Assembly: GCA_965213625.1 (NCBI GenBank)
Contig: CBDBZU010000004.1
Span: 3,296,001 to 3,360,000, forward strand
Reading direction: 5' to 3'
Length of the DNA stretch: 64,000 nt
Origin: a bacterium
Lineage (GTDB): Bacteria > UBA8248
Each line of letters begins with the position of its first letter. Within the stretch, counting starts at the first letter, position 1. The translations under genes were made by a program, and so were the position numbers. Below are positions 9,402-19,444 of this stretch, piece after piece. The notes beneath the pieces are model-generated. The model was not told the DNA's origin, did no database searches, and was given only the letters and a program-made list of their open reading frames with translations.

Positions 9402-10598
9402 ATGGCCCCATCGAAGATATTCAACCTTTTCGCGATTGCGGGCAGCCACGCCGTCAACGCCTTCTATACGCAGCTTTTGATACCCGTCCTCCCGCTCATC
9501 GTCGCGGAATTCGAACTCAACTACGTGCAGGCGGGCCTCATCGTGACGACCTATTCGGTAGCAAACAGCGTCTTTCAGTTCCCCCTTTCCTTCATATCGG
9601 ACTACACACGGCGCTGGCGGACTGTCCTCGCCCTCTCCCTGCTCACCCAGGCGCTTCCCGTTCTGCTATACGGCTACGCGGCGAACTACTCCCTTCTGCT
9701 GTTGTTCGTCTTCATCGGCGGCATCGGGAGCGCGGCCTACCACCCGCCAGCCGTGGCGCTCATCACGCGAGAACTGCCCGAGAGGCGCGGGTTCTGCACG
9801 GGCCTGTTCAACGGCGGGGGCGAAATGGGGAACATCATCTCGCCGGCCATCGTCGGCTGGCTCGCCGTCTATCTGGCGAGTTGGCGCATGGCGGCGCAGT
9901 TCTACGTGATACCCGGCGTCATCTGGGCGGCGCTCATCTGGTTTCGCTTTCAGGATCAACTCGGAGAGCGCCTCCCCTTCCGCCAGGCGGCGAGGTCCAC
10001 TTTCGGCGCGCTTTTCAGCAACAAATCTTTGATGCTCCTCATCGCCCTCTCCTCGTTTCGGATCATGGGTTTTCGCGGCTTCATGGCCTTTTTACCGCTC
10101 CTACTGGCGGAGCAATTCGGCTTCGACACCAAGGGGGTGGGCTGGATGCTCAGCGCCTATTTCCTGATAGGTTCGACAATGTCCATCATTATCGGCAGGT
10201 GGTCGGACAAAACGGGCAGGACGAAGCTCATCGTCGTACTCACTTTCATGTGCGCAACCGCCATGGCCTCTCTCACCTGGGTGGCAAGCCTCACGACGCT
10301 GTTACTCGCGCTTTTCGCCGTCGCCTGCATCCTCACGCCGGTGCCCACCCTGGTGCTGGCCGTCGGGACGGAACTCGTGGACGAGCGGGTGCGATCGAGC
10401 TCGGTGGGTATGATCTATGGCTTCAACGAAGCCGCTAGCGCGCTCTCGCCGCTCATCGGCGGCCTGGTGGCCGAAGCGATGGGGCTTCAAATGGCGTTCA
10501 CCTTCTACGCCTCGATGTTCTTGGTCGGCGGCTGCATCGCCGTTTTCCTGCATAGAGAAAGCGCCCTCCAACCCCAGGTGCAAGTGAGCGAATCATGA
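9402..10598 (+). CDS. MFS transporter
   Basis: About 12 hydrophobic segments, GRWSDKTGR motif A, AAYHP. Confidence 0.88.
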   Translation: MAPSKIFNLFAIAGSHAVNAFYTQLLIPVLPLIVAEFELNYVQAGLIVTTYSVANSVFQFPLSFISDYTRRWRTVLALSLLTQALPVLLYGYAANYSLLLLFVFIGGIGSAAYHPPAVALITRELPERRGFCTGLFNGGGEMGNIISPAIVGWLAVYLASWRMAAQFYVIPGVIWAALIWFRFQDQLGERLPFRQAARSTFGALFSNKSLMLLIALSSFRIMGFRGFMAFLPLLLAEQFGFDTKGVGWMLSAYFLIGSTMSIIIGRWSDKTGRTKLIVVLTFMCATAMASLTWVASLTTLLLALFAVACILTPVPTLVLAVGTELVDERVRSSSVGMIYGFNEAASALSPLIGGLVAEAMGLQMAFTFYASMFLVGGCIAVFLHRESALQPQVQVSES

Positions 10599-11797
10599 GC
10601 CGGGCGGAAGAGATCGAAACGGGAGCAGGTCCGCAAGACCCGGCGCAGGATATCCCCTGGGGCGCGCTCGCCATCCTGTTCACCGCCCACTTAGTGGTGG
10701 ACGGCACGATAAATTTCATCGCACCTCTGCTGCCCCTGATTCGAGAGCAATTCCAGGTTTCCCTCTCAACGGGCGGTCTGCTCCTCACGTTCGCCTCGAT
10801 GAGTGCGGCGCTCTCACAACCGGTGACGGCGATTCTCGTGGACCGCTGGCCCGGGCTCCCCTGGCTCGCCGTCGGGATGGTGGGCAGTGCGCTGTTCATC
10901 ACCTCCATCGGCTGGGCGCCCAACTTCACGGTGCTCACCCTCATGGTCGCGGTCGGCGGCTCGATGGTCGGCCTGTGTCATCCGGATATGGCATCGCGCG
11001 CGGGCGCGCTATCAGAAAAACGAAAGGGGCTGGTGGTGAGCGTTTTCATCGCCGGAGGTCGCGTGGGCCACGGCCTTGGACCCGTTATCGCCATCGGCAT
11101 CGTCTCACTAGGCGGCATGAAATGGCTCTGGGCGTTTACCCTCGTCGCCATCGGGATGGCCCTGGCGGTGAAATTCGGGCTGCCGAAGCCTGAGTCGCCC
11201 CCAAGCAGCGGAGATAAGAAAGACTCCATCTGGGATTTCGTAACAGCGCTACGCACAGCAGGCACGCCGCTACTTCTTCTCTCGGGCGTCACCATTTGCC
11301 GCGCCGTCGTGAACATCAACTTCATCAGTCTCATTCCTTCTCTTTACGCCGAACACGGCATGAGCATCTGGAGCGGGGGAGCGGCCAGCGCCATCATGCT
11401 CATCTCGGGCGCAGTGGGCGTCCTGGTAGGCGGTTTTTTAGGAGATCGTTTCGGGAAAAAAGAGCTTATCGTCGGCGGCATCGGAATAGGCGCCTTGTGC
11501 GTCTGTGCATTTTTGATTGCGCCGCCCGAGTGGGGCTTCGTGCTGCTGGCTTTCCTGGGCGTCGCCACCTACCTCCCGATGGGAGTGACGATGGCCTTCG
11601 CCCAGCAATTGATGCCACACAACAGGGGTCTGGCCAGCTCCATCACGCTCGGCCTCTCGTGGTTCATCGCGAGCCTTTCGGTCTACCCGATGTCCGTTCT
11701 CGGCGAGTGGTTCGGCCTGGCGAACGCATTCTGGGCCCTTCCCGGCTTTTTCATCGCCGCGTGCGCGTTCGCGCTCTTCCTGCCGAAAGTCCGCTAA
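10595..11797 (+). CDS. MFS transporter (Fsr-like)
   Basis: AHLVVD, CHP, GFLGDRFGKK; ATGA overlap with upstream gene. Confidence 0.88.
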   Translation: MSRAEEIETGAGPQDPAQDIPWGALAILFTAHLVVDGTINFIAPLLPLIREQFQVSLSTGGLLLTFASMSAALSQPVTAILVDRWPGLPWLAVGMVGSALFITSIGWAPNFTVLTLMVAVGGSMVGLCHPDMASRAGALSEKRKGLVVSVFIAGGRVGHGLGPVIAIGIVSLGGMKWLWAFTLVAIGMALAVKFGLPKPESPPSSGDKKDSIWDFVTALRTAGTPLLLLSGVTICRAVVNINFISLIPSLYAEHGMSIWSGGAASAIMLISGAVGVLVGGFLGDRFGKKELIVGGIGIGALCVCAFLIAPPEWGFVLLAFLGVATYLPMGVTMAFAQQLMPHNRGLASSITLGLSWFIASLSVYPMSVLGEWFGLANAFWALPGFFIAACAFALFLPKVR

Positions 11798-11812
11798 CCC
11801 ACATACGCACAT

Positions 11813-11843
11813 AAAAAAACGGCCCCGAAGAGCCGCCTTTTTT
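11813..11843. terminator. Possible bidirectional terminator
   Basis: A7, short CGGC/GCCG stem, T6 between convergent genes; stem is weak. Confidence 0.45.
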
Positions 11844-11858
11844 GTTGTTTCGCTTCGC

Positions 11859-12497
11859 TTAAGCCGTAACACCCTGCTCGGTGAGCAATTCATCGAGCAC
11901 CCGGTCAACCCTGGGCTGCTCCGTCCAACTCGCCTTGTAGGCGATATTCCCCTCTTTATCGATGACGAAGACCATGTTCGGCATGCGCCCGTAGGCGTTC
12001 ACCACCGCCTCGTCGACGTCGTCCACCAGAACGGGGATTTTCATCCCGAATTCAGCCACCAGTTCCTTCGCATAGTCCATCTTGTGTTCGAAGGTAGTGT
12101 GCTGGGTGTATTTTTTGAAGTACTTGCGCTCCTGCGCGTGGGGTTCCTTGGAGTAGACGACGAAGAATTCGACGTCCTTATCCTTGTAACGCTCTTGCAG
12201 TTCATCCATGCCCGGCACCTGCCGGCGGAAGGGCGGTCACGTGATGGCGCCGAACTCCAGGACGACGTTCTTCTTCTCGCGAAAATCGGCCAGGTCCACG
12301 GTTTCTCCCGACGTGCTCTGGAGTTTTACCGGAGGCGCGGGCTGGCCTGGTTTCAACTGATCCTCAAACGCCTTGTGGCGGACTTTCCTGAATCCGCTGA
12401 GCTCGCGCTTGATCATCAGAAACGGGTCCAGATACCACATACTCCACAAGCCCCCCAGGGGGCCGGGCGGCCTGTCGATAAAATCTTCTTTCTGCAT
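11859..12497 (-). CDS. Deiodinase-like thioredoxin-fold selenoprotein (predicted Sec87), 212 aa
   Basis: ORFs 12237-12497 and 11859-12218 are one frame joined across TGA 12239-12237, giving VLEFGAIT-U-PPFRRQ and VYSKEPH (compare deiodinase FGSCTUPPF and YIEEAH). Confidence 0.88.
12212..12225 (-). promoter_or_regulatory. Candidate bacterial SECIS element
   Basis: CCGGC-AGGU-GCCGG hairpin starting 11 nt after the UGA, G-containing apical loop. Confidence 0.7.
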
Positions 12498-12603
12498 TTA
12501 TCAATCTCCTGAAAGATGAATGGCGAATACAGAAGGGTAGTTTATTTTCGGGATATTGTCGATTCCGTGCGAAAACCCGCCTCTTGCGCGGGAAAATGGG
12601 AAA

Positions 12604-13377
12604 TCAGGATGCGGTATCGCATCTTTCAAAGGCGCTCCAGTAGACATCCATCACTCGCTTGAAGCCCACACTTTCAAACACGCGCTCGGATGCCTCGTTT
12701 CCTTCCACGATATAGCAATACGCCTCGCGTCCTCTGGCGATTTGCGCCTCGACCTGTGCGGAAACCACCACGCGCGCAAGGCCTTGTCCGCGGAAATGCT
12801 CCATCGTGTGCAGCATGCCGATGGAGCCGTTCGCATGAACAACCATGTAGGAGGCGAGTTCACCGCCGATGCGTATCGCCGCTGTGGGGGCGCTTTGGAT
12901 TCTCGCCAGGGCGTATTCCTCCCCCTGGTCGTAGGGTGAATTCTCGGCCAGCGTCTTCGCGTCCTCGATTTTGAGGCTCTCAATCCGGTGGGTGCTGAAG
13001 ACGGGCCTGAAATCTTTTTTCTCGAGAATGTACATGCCCACGGGAGAGCCCCGGATGAGTTTTCTTCGCCTCTCAACGGCCTTCTGAACCTCAAGCGGGA
13101 TAGAGGAAAACTTGAGATAGCCGTCGCTCTCCTCCATCTGCGCGGAGAGCCGCTCCATGCCTTCTAGTTTCGCGAGTATCGCCTCGGGCCGCCCCAGCGG
13201 CGCGAGCCAGCCGCGACCGGTGTTCACCACCATCTGGGGCGCAGCAAGATCGTCCACCCAGAGGGGGACCTCCCTTCCCCCTTCCGCGATTGTTCCCGTA
13301 ATGCGCATCCGCAGCGGCCCCTGCGAGCGCAGGAATTTCTGGATAGATTCGCTCCGGGGGTTCTCCAACCGAATCAA
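12604..13377 (-). CDS. GNAT family N-acetyltransferase
   Basis: C-terminal FRGQGLA acetyl-CoA motif and GNEAS..VFESVGF. Confidence 0.82.
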   Translation of the reverse strand: MIRLENPRSESIQKFLRSQGPLRMRITGTIAEGGREVPLWVDDLAAPQMVVNTGRGWLAPLGRPEAILAKLEGMERLSAQMEESDGYLKFSSIPLEVQKAVERRRKLIRGSPVGMYILEKKDFRPVFSTHRIESLKIEDAKTLAENSPYDQGEEYALARIQSAPTAAIRIGGELASYMVVHANGSIGMLHTMEHFRGQGLARVVVSAQVEAQIARGREAYCYIVEGNEASERVFESVGFKRVMDVYWSAFERCDTAS

Positions 13378-13495
13378 TTTTCGTTAAACTCCCTTACTGA
13401 TGGAAACGCCGCTCCCTTGGAGGAGTGATTATACCCGCTTCTCCGCGCAGATGTAGAGGCAGTAATCCGCCAAACAAAATACTCCAGGAGAGAAA

Positions 13496-14569
13496 ATGAA
13501 GGGATATCGAATCATCACCATCCCGGGGGACGGGATCGGCCCGGAACTCATGGAATCCACCATCGCCGTTCTCGAAGCCGTGCAGGGCACAAACGAGACC
13601 TTAACGCTGAGACTGGAAGAACACGAAGCGGGAGCGGGCCGCTACGCCAGGTACGGCAAGCGCATCAGCGATGAAACCATGCAGGCCTGCCGCGAGGCGG
13701 ACGGCGTCCTCAAGGCGCCGGTCGGGAATCCGGCCGTCCGCACGCCGGAGGGTACCGAGGCGGGGCTTCTGGGCGGCGTGCTCAGAACGGGGCTCGACCT
13801 GTTCGCCAACATGCGGCCCGTCAAACTCTACCCGGGCATCCGGAGTCCACTGGCGGGCTATGCGCCCGGCGGCATCGACTACGTCGTGATTCGCGAGAAC
13901 ACCGAAGGCCTCTACGCCTCGCGCGACAAGGGCGTGGGCGGCCCCAACGCCGTGGCCGACACCATGATCATCACCCGCCCGGGCGTGGAGCGCGTCGTGC
14001 GGTTTGCCTTCGAACTCTCGCGCACAAGAAACGGCGCGCCAGAAGACGGCGTGCGGCGCGTCACCTGCGTGGACAAGAGCAACGTGCTTCGCTCCATGGC
14101 CCTGTTCCGCGAGGTATTCTTCGAGGTGGCGGCGGTTTACCCCGACATCGAGGCCGAGGCGGTCTATTCGGATGCCTGCGCCAACCATCTGGTGATTCGC
14201 CCGGCGCACTACGACGTGCTGGTGATGGAGAACATGCTGGGAGATTTGTTGAGCGATTTGGGAGGCGCCACGGCCGGCGGCCTCGGCATGTGTCCTTCGG
14301 GGAACATCGGGGAGAAATTCGCGTTTTTCGAGGCGGTGCATGGCTCGGCTCCCGACATCGCCGGGCAGGGAATCGCCAATCCGTTGAGCCTCATCCTCTC
14401 CGCCGCCCTCATGCTCGCCCACATCGGGGAGAGCGAGGCCGCGAACCAAATCGAGACCAGCGTGTGGGGAGCGCTTGAGGCCGGGGAGATTCGCCTCGAT
14501 AACAAGGGGCGCTCTGTTGACGGCTCCAAAGCCATCACCGAGGCGGTGTGCGCCCGCGTGAGGGGATGA
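13496..14569 (+). CDS. Isocitrate/isopropylmalate dehydrogenase family beta-decarboxylating dehydrogenase
   Basis: PGDGIGPE, RENTEGLY, DKSNV, NMLGDLLSD, FEAVHGSAPDIAG. Confidence 0.92.
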   Translation: MKGYRIITIPGDGIGPELMESTIAVLEAVQGTNETLTLRLEEHEAGAGRYARYGKRISDETMQACREADGVLKAPVGNPAVRTPEGTEAGLLGGVLRTGLDLFANMRPVKLYPGIRSPLAGYAPGGIDYVVIRENTEGLYASRDKGVGGPNAVADTMIITRPGVERVVRFAFELSRTRNGAPEDGVRRVTCVDKSNVLRSMALFREVFFEVAAVYPDIEAEAVYSDACANHLVIRPAHYDVLVMENMLGDLLSDLGGATAGGLGMCPSGNIGEKFAFFEAVHGSAPDIAGQGIANPLSLILSAALMLAHIGESEAANQIETSVWGALEAGEIRLDNKGRSVDGSKAITEAVCARVRG

Positions 14570-14570
14570 T

Positions 14571-15257
14571 TCAGGAAAACCGCTCGCGCAGGAGGGTCCA
14601 CACGGCGATAAAGCCGTCTCGCCAGGTGATTTTCTTGCCCTCCGCATAGGTGCGGCCGTAGTAGGATATCGGCACCTCGTAGATGCGCCATTTCGCGGGT
14701 TTCAGGATTTTTGCTGTAAATTCCGGCTCGAAGTCGAACCCCTTGGCGCGAATTGTCATATCCTTCACCACCTCACGGCGGAACATCTTGTAGCAGGTTT
14801 CCATGTCGGTGAGCGTACAGTTGAACAACATGTTGGCGAGAGTGGTCAGCATGTGGTTTCCCACCTTGTGCCAGAACATGTGCACACGCTGGGGCTTTCC
14901 GCCGAAGCGCGTGCCGTAGACCACGTCGGCCGCCCCCCGGCGGATGGGATCGTAAAGATCGGCGTATTCGGCAGGGTCGTATTCGAGGTCCGCATCCTGC
15001 ACGACGATCACGTCCCCGTTCGCCGCCGCGAATCCATCGCACAATGCAGCTCCCTTCCCCTCGTTTTTCTCCCGGTAAATGACGCGCGCACCGTTTTGTT
15101 CGATCTCGGCCAGGATGTCCCGGGTGCCGTCCGTACTGCCGTCGTCAACGATGATGAGCTCGATGTTCATCGGCACCGCCCGGACTCTTGCGACAATTTC
15201 GCGAATCGTGTCCCGCTCATTAAAACATGGCATCACCACGCTTAGTAAATCCGTCAT
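14571..15257 (-). CDS. Glycosyltransferase family 2 (polyprenol-phosphate glycosyltransferase-like)
   Basis: VDDGSTDGT, QDADLEYDP, DMETCYK, EGKKI. Confidence 0.92.
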   Translation of the reverse strand: MTDLLSVVMPCFNERDTIREIVARVRAVPMNIELIIVDDGSTDGTRDILAEIEQNGARVIYREKNEGKGAALCDGFAAANGDVIVVQDADLEYDPAEYADLYDPIRRGAADVVYGTRFGGKPQRVHMFWHKVGNHMLTTLANMLFNCTLTDMETCYKMFRREVVKDMTIRAKGFDFEPEFTAKILKPAKWRIYEVPISYYGRTYAEGKKITWRDGFIAVWTLLRERFS

Positions 15258-15470
15258 TGGGCCACCATCGCTCACAGCAGATCTCTCCATCAAGGGTCGA
15301 GCACTTCATTCGTTTATGAGGGCATCGCGCCAAAGCCTACATCCTCACCCCCGCACGGTCAATTTATTTTAATCGCCAATGGCTCTCAGGCTTGGCAAGC
15401 GCTCCCCCCCGTGAGAGTATTGCCGCGTCCAGGAATTCATCGAAAATGATCATATTTTCGGGATTATGAA

Positions 15471-16598
15471 ATGCCGTCGCCCCTGCTCGATAGAATGAAG
15501 ACGCTCTGTTCCCTGCCCGGCCCTCCCGGCCACGAAGGCGCCGTGCGCGACACCATCGCGGAGATGCTAAAAGACAGCGCGAGTGCGTTGCGGCGCGACC
15601 CTATCGGGAACCTCATTGCCCGCCACGATGCGAACGAAGCGGCTCCTCACCTCGTTCTGGAGTGCCACATGGACGAGGTCGGCTTCATCGTCACGGGCGT
15701 GGAAGCGGGCGGCGCCATCCGCTTCGAAAAAGTGGGACTCGTGGCGGACGCGATTTTCCCGGGACGCGAGGTCTCTCTCCTGACACTGGACGGAAATCTT
15801 CACCGGGGTGTCGTCAACGTGCGCAGCGGGCATCTCCAGTCCTTACAGGGCCAGGAACACCCCGGCGTCGATGAGATGTGGATTGATTTAGGCGCTTCGG
15901 ACGATGCGCCGATTCGCGCCCTCGGCATTGAGGCGGGCACACCGGGTGTATTCCACAGCCCCTTCATCCAACTCCCCGGCGGAGCGTGGAAGTCGAAGGC
16001 GGTGGACAACCGCTCGGGCTGCGCCCTGTGCGTGGAGGCGTTCATCAACACCGCCAACTCGCTCTCGGACAAGCTCCGCCTGAGCGCCGCCTTTTGCGCG
16101 CAAGAGGAAATCGGCGGGCGCGGCGCCTCTGTGCTTTCGGTGGATGAGGAAGGGAGAAATCCCGCCTCTCTCGCCATTGTGCTCGACAACGTACCCTCGG
16201 ACGGTCCGGGCCGCTCCGACGCCCGTGGCTCCAAGATCGGAGCAGGGCCGGTATTGCGCAGGTACGATCACCAGCCCACGAGTCTTTACGGCTACATCAC
16301 CCCGCCAGAGCTTATCCAGTGGGTGAAAGACGTGGCGAGCGACGCCCACGTGCCACTGCAGGAAGACGTGTTCGTGGGTACGTTTCTCGATTCCGCCACC
16401 TTGAGCAAATCCCGCCCTGGTGGACTGCCTATCGTGCCGCTCAATATGCCAAGGCGCTATTCCCACAGTCCGGTGGAGACTTTTATGGAATCGGACCTGG
16501 AAGCCATGGCTGCGCTCATCGGTGCTCTTTTGCGCTCCGCTGCCGAGGGAGGTGCGCCGGATTTGAAGCGGGATTATCTATCGCCCTCTGATTCTTAA
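15471..16598 (+). CDS. M42 family metallopeptidase
   Basis: HMDEVG, KAVDNR, QEEIG, YSHSP. Confidence 0.88.
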   Translation: MPSPLLDRMKTLCSLPGPPGHEGAVRDTIAEMLKDSASALRRDPIGNLIARHDANEAAPHLVLECHMDEVGFIVTGVEAGGAIRFEKVGLVADAIFPGREVSLLTLDGNLHRGVVNVRSGHLQSLQGQEHPGVDEMWIDLGASDDAPIRALGIEAGTPGVFHSPFIQLPGGAWKSKAVDNRSGCALCVEAFINTANSLSDKLRLSAAFCAQEEIGGRGASVLSVDEEGRNPASLAIVLDNVPSDGPGRSDARGSKIGAGPVLRRYDHQPTSLYGYITPPELIQWVKDVASDAHVPLQEDVFVGTFLDSATLSKSRPGGLPIVPLNMPRRYSHSPVETFMESDLEAMAALIGALLRSAAEGGAPDLKRDYLSPSDS

Positions 16599-16627
16599 TA
16601 TCTAGCGAAAACCGCACTTTTGGAGAA

Positions 16628-17488
16628 ATGAAACCTGTGTCAAAAGTAATTCGCGTCGCCCATAGCCCCGATTCGGACGATGCCTTCATGTTCCACGCCT
16701 TGGCGAACGGGAAGATCGCGCAGGGAGAATATGAATTCATCCATGAACTCCACGACATCGAGACGCTGAACCAGGCCGCATTCCAAGGCAAATACGAGGT
16801 GAGCGCCATCAGCTTTCACGCGTATTGCCACTTGGCAGACCGCTACGCGATTTTGCCGCACGGGGCGAGTTTCGGGGAAAATTACGGACCTGTCATCATT
16901 TCGCGAGAACCGATGACGACCGAGGCGCTCCGGGACGTGGAAATCGCCATCCCTGGCCTGCTGACGACGGCATACCTCACTCTCCGCCTGTATATGGGAG
17001 GCGAGGAGCCCAAACACCGCGTGGTGCATTTCGACGACATCATGGACGAGGTGAAAAAAGGAGCCTCACCTGCGGGACTTCTCATTCACGAGGGCCAGCT
17101 CACCTATGAGCAGGAGGGCTTTCATCTTGTGGAAGACCTCGGAAAGTGGTGGATGCGCGAAACCGGCGGCCCACTGCCCCTGGGCTGTAACGTCATACGA
17201 AAAGATTTAGGGCCGGAGGTTGTGGTCGAAGTGAGCCGCCTGCTGCACCAGAGCATCGTCTACGCACTCGAAAACCGGGACGAAGCGCTCGACCACGCCA
17301 TGGCCTACGCCAGGGACCTGCCGCGCGATAAGGCGGACGTTTTCGTCGGCATGTACGTGAACGAATGGACGCGCTCATACGGCGACGCCGGGCGAAAGGC
17401 CGTCTCCACGCTGTTGAACCGCGCCGCGGAGGCGGGCATCATACCGAGAAAAATTGAGCCGGAATTCGTATCCTCACCCACCGACTGA
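16628..17488 (+). CDS. mqnD: 1,4-dihydroxy-6-naphthoate synthase (futalosine menaquinone pathway)
   Basis: AHSPDSDDAFMF, DIETLN, LLIHEGQLTY, PLPLG, MYVN. Confidence 0.88.
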   Translation: MKPVSKVIRVAHSPDSDDAFMFHALANGKIAQGEYEFIHELHDIETLNQAAFQGKYEVSAISFHAYCHLADRYAILPHGASFGENYGPVIISREPMTTEALRDVEIAIPGLLTTAYLTLRLYMGGEEPKHRVVHFDDIMDEVKKGASPAGLLIHEGQLTYEQEGFHLVEDLGKWWMRETGGPLPLGCNVIRKDLGPEVVVEVSRLLHQSIVYALENRDEALDHAMAYARDLPRDKADVFVGMYVNEWTRSYGDAGRKAVSTLLNRAAEAGIIPRKIEPEFVSSPTD

Positions 17489-17505
17489 CAAGCGGAGGCG
17501 GATTC

Positions 17506-17889
17506 ATGCTGGAGGGAATGCACCACATATCCATCAGCGTCGATGACCTCGAAGAAGCGCGCGATTTCTACGCCGGCCTGCTGGAACTTGCGGAAATCGA
17601 CCGCCCGGACCTGCCGAACCCGGGCTACTGGTTCCAGGCGGGAGCCTGCCAGCTTCATCTCACGGGCCGCCAGGAACGCGCGAGCGAAACGAGTATTCCG
17701 GGCACCGGAGCCGGCGAGACTCATTTCGCCTTTGCGGCAACTGATTTGGAACCCGTAAAGCGAAGGCTCGAGATTGCCGGCGTGGACGTAAAAGACGGCG
17801 TCAACGCCGGGCTGGGATTGCGGCAACTGTTCTTCAGAGACCCCTCGGACAACCTCGTGGAAGTGTTCTGCACGCTGGAAGAGTCATGA
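17506..17889 (+). CDS. VOC/glyoxalase family protein
   Basis: HHISI, QLHL, HFAF, FFRDPSDNLVE. Confidence 0.85.
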   Translation: MLEGMHHISISVDDLEEARDFYAGLLELAEIDRPDLPNPGYWFQAGACQLHLTGRQERASETSIPGTGAGETHFAFAATDLEPVKRRLEIAGVDVKDGVNAGLGLRQLFFRDPSDNLVEVFCTLEES

Positions 17890-17913
17890 TGGAAATCGCA
17901 AGAAGCTTATCCG

Positions 17914-18996
17914 ATGCCGAAACCCAATAATTATTCGACCGGCTTAACCCGCCGCACTTTTCTCCTAGGTCTCGGCGCTGCGGCGGCTGGCCTGAGTCTT
18001 TCACCTCGGAACGCCTGGAGCACCGAAAACAAAAAGCTGAACTTCTACAACTGGGACACCTATATCGGCGAAACCACGCTGGCCGATTTCAAGGCCGCCA
18101 GCGGGGTTGAAGTGAAGATGGATATATTCGCCGACAACGATGAATTATTCGCCAAACTTAAACAAGGCAATCCCGGCTATGACGTCATCGTGCCGACAAA
18201 CAACTACGTCGATCGCATGATCGCTGCCGGTATTCTGATGCCGCTCGATCATTCCCTGATCCCCAACAAAGCGAACATCGACCCGATTTTTCAGAACGCC
18301 GCCTATGATCCGGGCCGCAAGTATTCCCAGCCCTATATGTGGGGCACGGCCGGGATAGGCTACCGGAAATCCCGCGTCGAGGGCATTCCTGACAGTTGGA
18401 AGTGGCTGCTTGCTTCGGATAAATACAAGGGCCGCATCGCCCTTATGGGTGATAAGAGCACAGCAATTCAGATGGGGCTCAAACTATTGGGTCACTCCCT
18501 GAACACAACCGACGGCTCCTTGGTAAAGCAGGTGGAGGATATGCTCATCCGCCAGAAGCCCCACATCAAGTTATTCGCCGAGGATGATGGCCAGGACTTG
18601 CTGCTCGCAGGCGAGGTCGATCTGGCCATGGAGTGGAACGGCGACATACTCCAGGTCATGAAAAAAGACGCCGACATCGGATACGTCGTACCCAGGGAAG
18701 GGGGACTCTTGTGGCAGGATTGCCTGTGCATTCCCAAAAGTGCGCCACACCCGCAAAACGCGCACAATTTCATCAATTTTCTTTTGAGAGCCGACGTGGG
18801 CGCTTCGATTGCCGACTTCATCCAGTACGCCACTCCAAACGCGGCGGCGAAAGCCAGAACGTCGGCTGACTACCGGAATAATACGGCCATTTTTCCGCCT
18901 CCTGAAGTCACCAAAGCGTCGGAGTTTCCGGTATATCTGGGCGAGGACTACGAACGCCTGATCGAGAAAACCTGGGCGCGCATCCAGGCAGCCTGA
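17914..18996 (+). CDS. Spermidine/putrescine ABC transporter substrate-binding protein (PotD/PotF-like) with Tat signal
   Basis: TRRTFL Tat motif; YNWDTYI, GYDVIVP, PYMWGT, WNGD. Confidence 0.9.
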   Translation: MPKPNNYSTGLTRRTFLLGLGAAAAGLSLSPRNAWSTENKKLNFYNWDTYIGETTLADFKAASGVEVKMDIFADNDELFAKLKQGNPGYDVIVPTNNYVDRMIAAGILMPLDHSLIPNKANIDPIFQNAAYDPGRKYSQPYMWGTAGIGYRKSRVEGIPDSWKWLLASDKYKGRIALMGDKSTAIQMGLKLLGHSLNTTDGSLVKQVEDMLIRQKPHIKLFAEDDGQDLLLAGEVDLAMEWNGDILQVMKKDADIGYVVPREGGLLWQDCLCIPKSAPHPQNAHNFINFLLRADVGASIADFIQYATPNAAAKARTSADYRNNTAIFPPPEVTKASEFPVYLGEDYERLIEKTWARIQAA

Positions 18997-19015
18997 GCGA
19001 GATAAGGACACCACC

Positions 19016-19444
19016 ATGAAGCAAAACAGATTTCACCTGGCCGGGGCCGTACCCTGGCGTAAGACCGAGGATGGGTTGGAAATCCTCCTCATCACGGCGC
19101 GCGACAGACCCCTGGACGACGACAATTTCTGGTGGATCGTGCCCCAGGGCGGCGTGGAGCCGGGGCAGACCGCCCAGGAAGCCGCCATCGCCGAAACCTG
19201 GGAGGAAGGCGGTGTCCGAGGCATGGCGTCGGAGGAGCCCATAGCGCGTTATGAATACGACATCGGCGCGGGCAGGTGCAAGGTCGACATCTACGAAATC
19301 GAGGTCGACGTCGTCGAGGACGACTGGCCCGAGAGCCACGAACGAAGGCGCGTCTGGCTGTCCCCCGAGGACGCCCTGGATACCATCTCGGGAGAAACGC
19401 TTAAAACTATCCTGGAAGAATTCCTGCGGAGAAAGGGAATTTAG
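19016..19444 (+). CDS. NUDIX hydrolase
   Basis: PQGGVEPGQTAQEAAIAETWEEGGV, a somewhat degenerate Nudix box. Confidence 0.82.
   Translation: MKQNRFHLAGAVPWRKTEDGLEILLITARDRPLDDDNFWWIVPQGGVEPGQTAQEAAIAETWEEGGVRGMASEEPIARYEYDIGAGRCKVDIYEIEVDVVEDDWPESHERRRVWLSPEDALDTISGETLKTILEEFLRRKGI

Noticed and set aside
11859-12497. Two separate small genes (86 aa and 119 aa)
   Set aside because: They are in one frame and the TGA falls exactly at the catalytic position of the deiodinase motif.
13601-14647. Long antisense or alternate-frame ORFs (e.g. 13601-14647, 27260-28216, 31785-32810, 38160-39140)
   Set aside because: Shadow ORFs overlapping well-supported genes, as expected with GC-rich codon usage.
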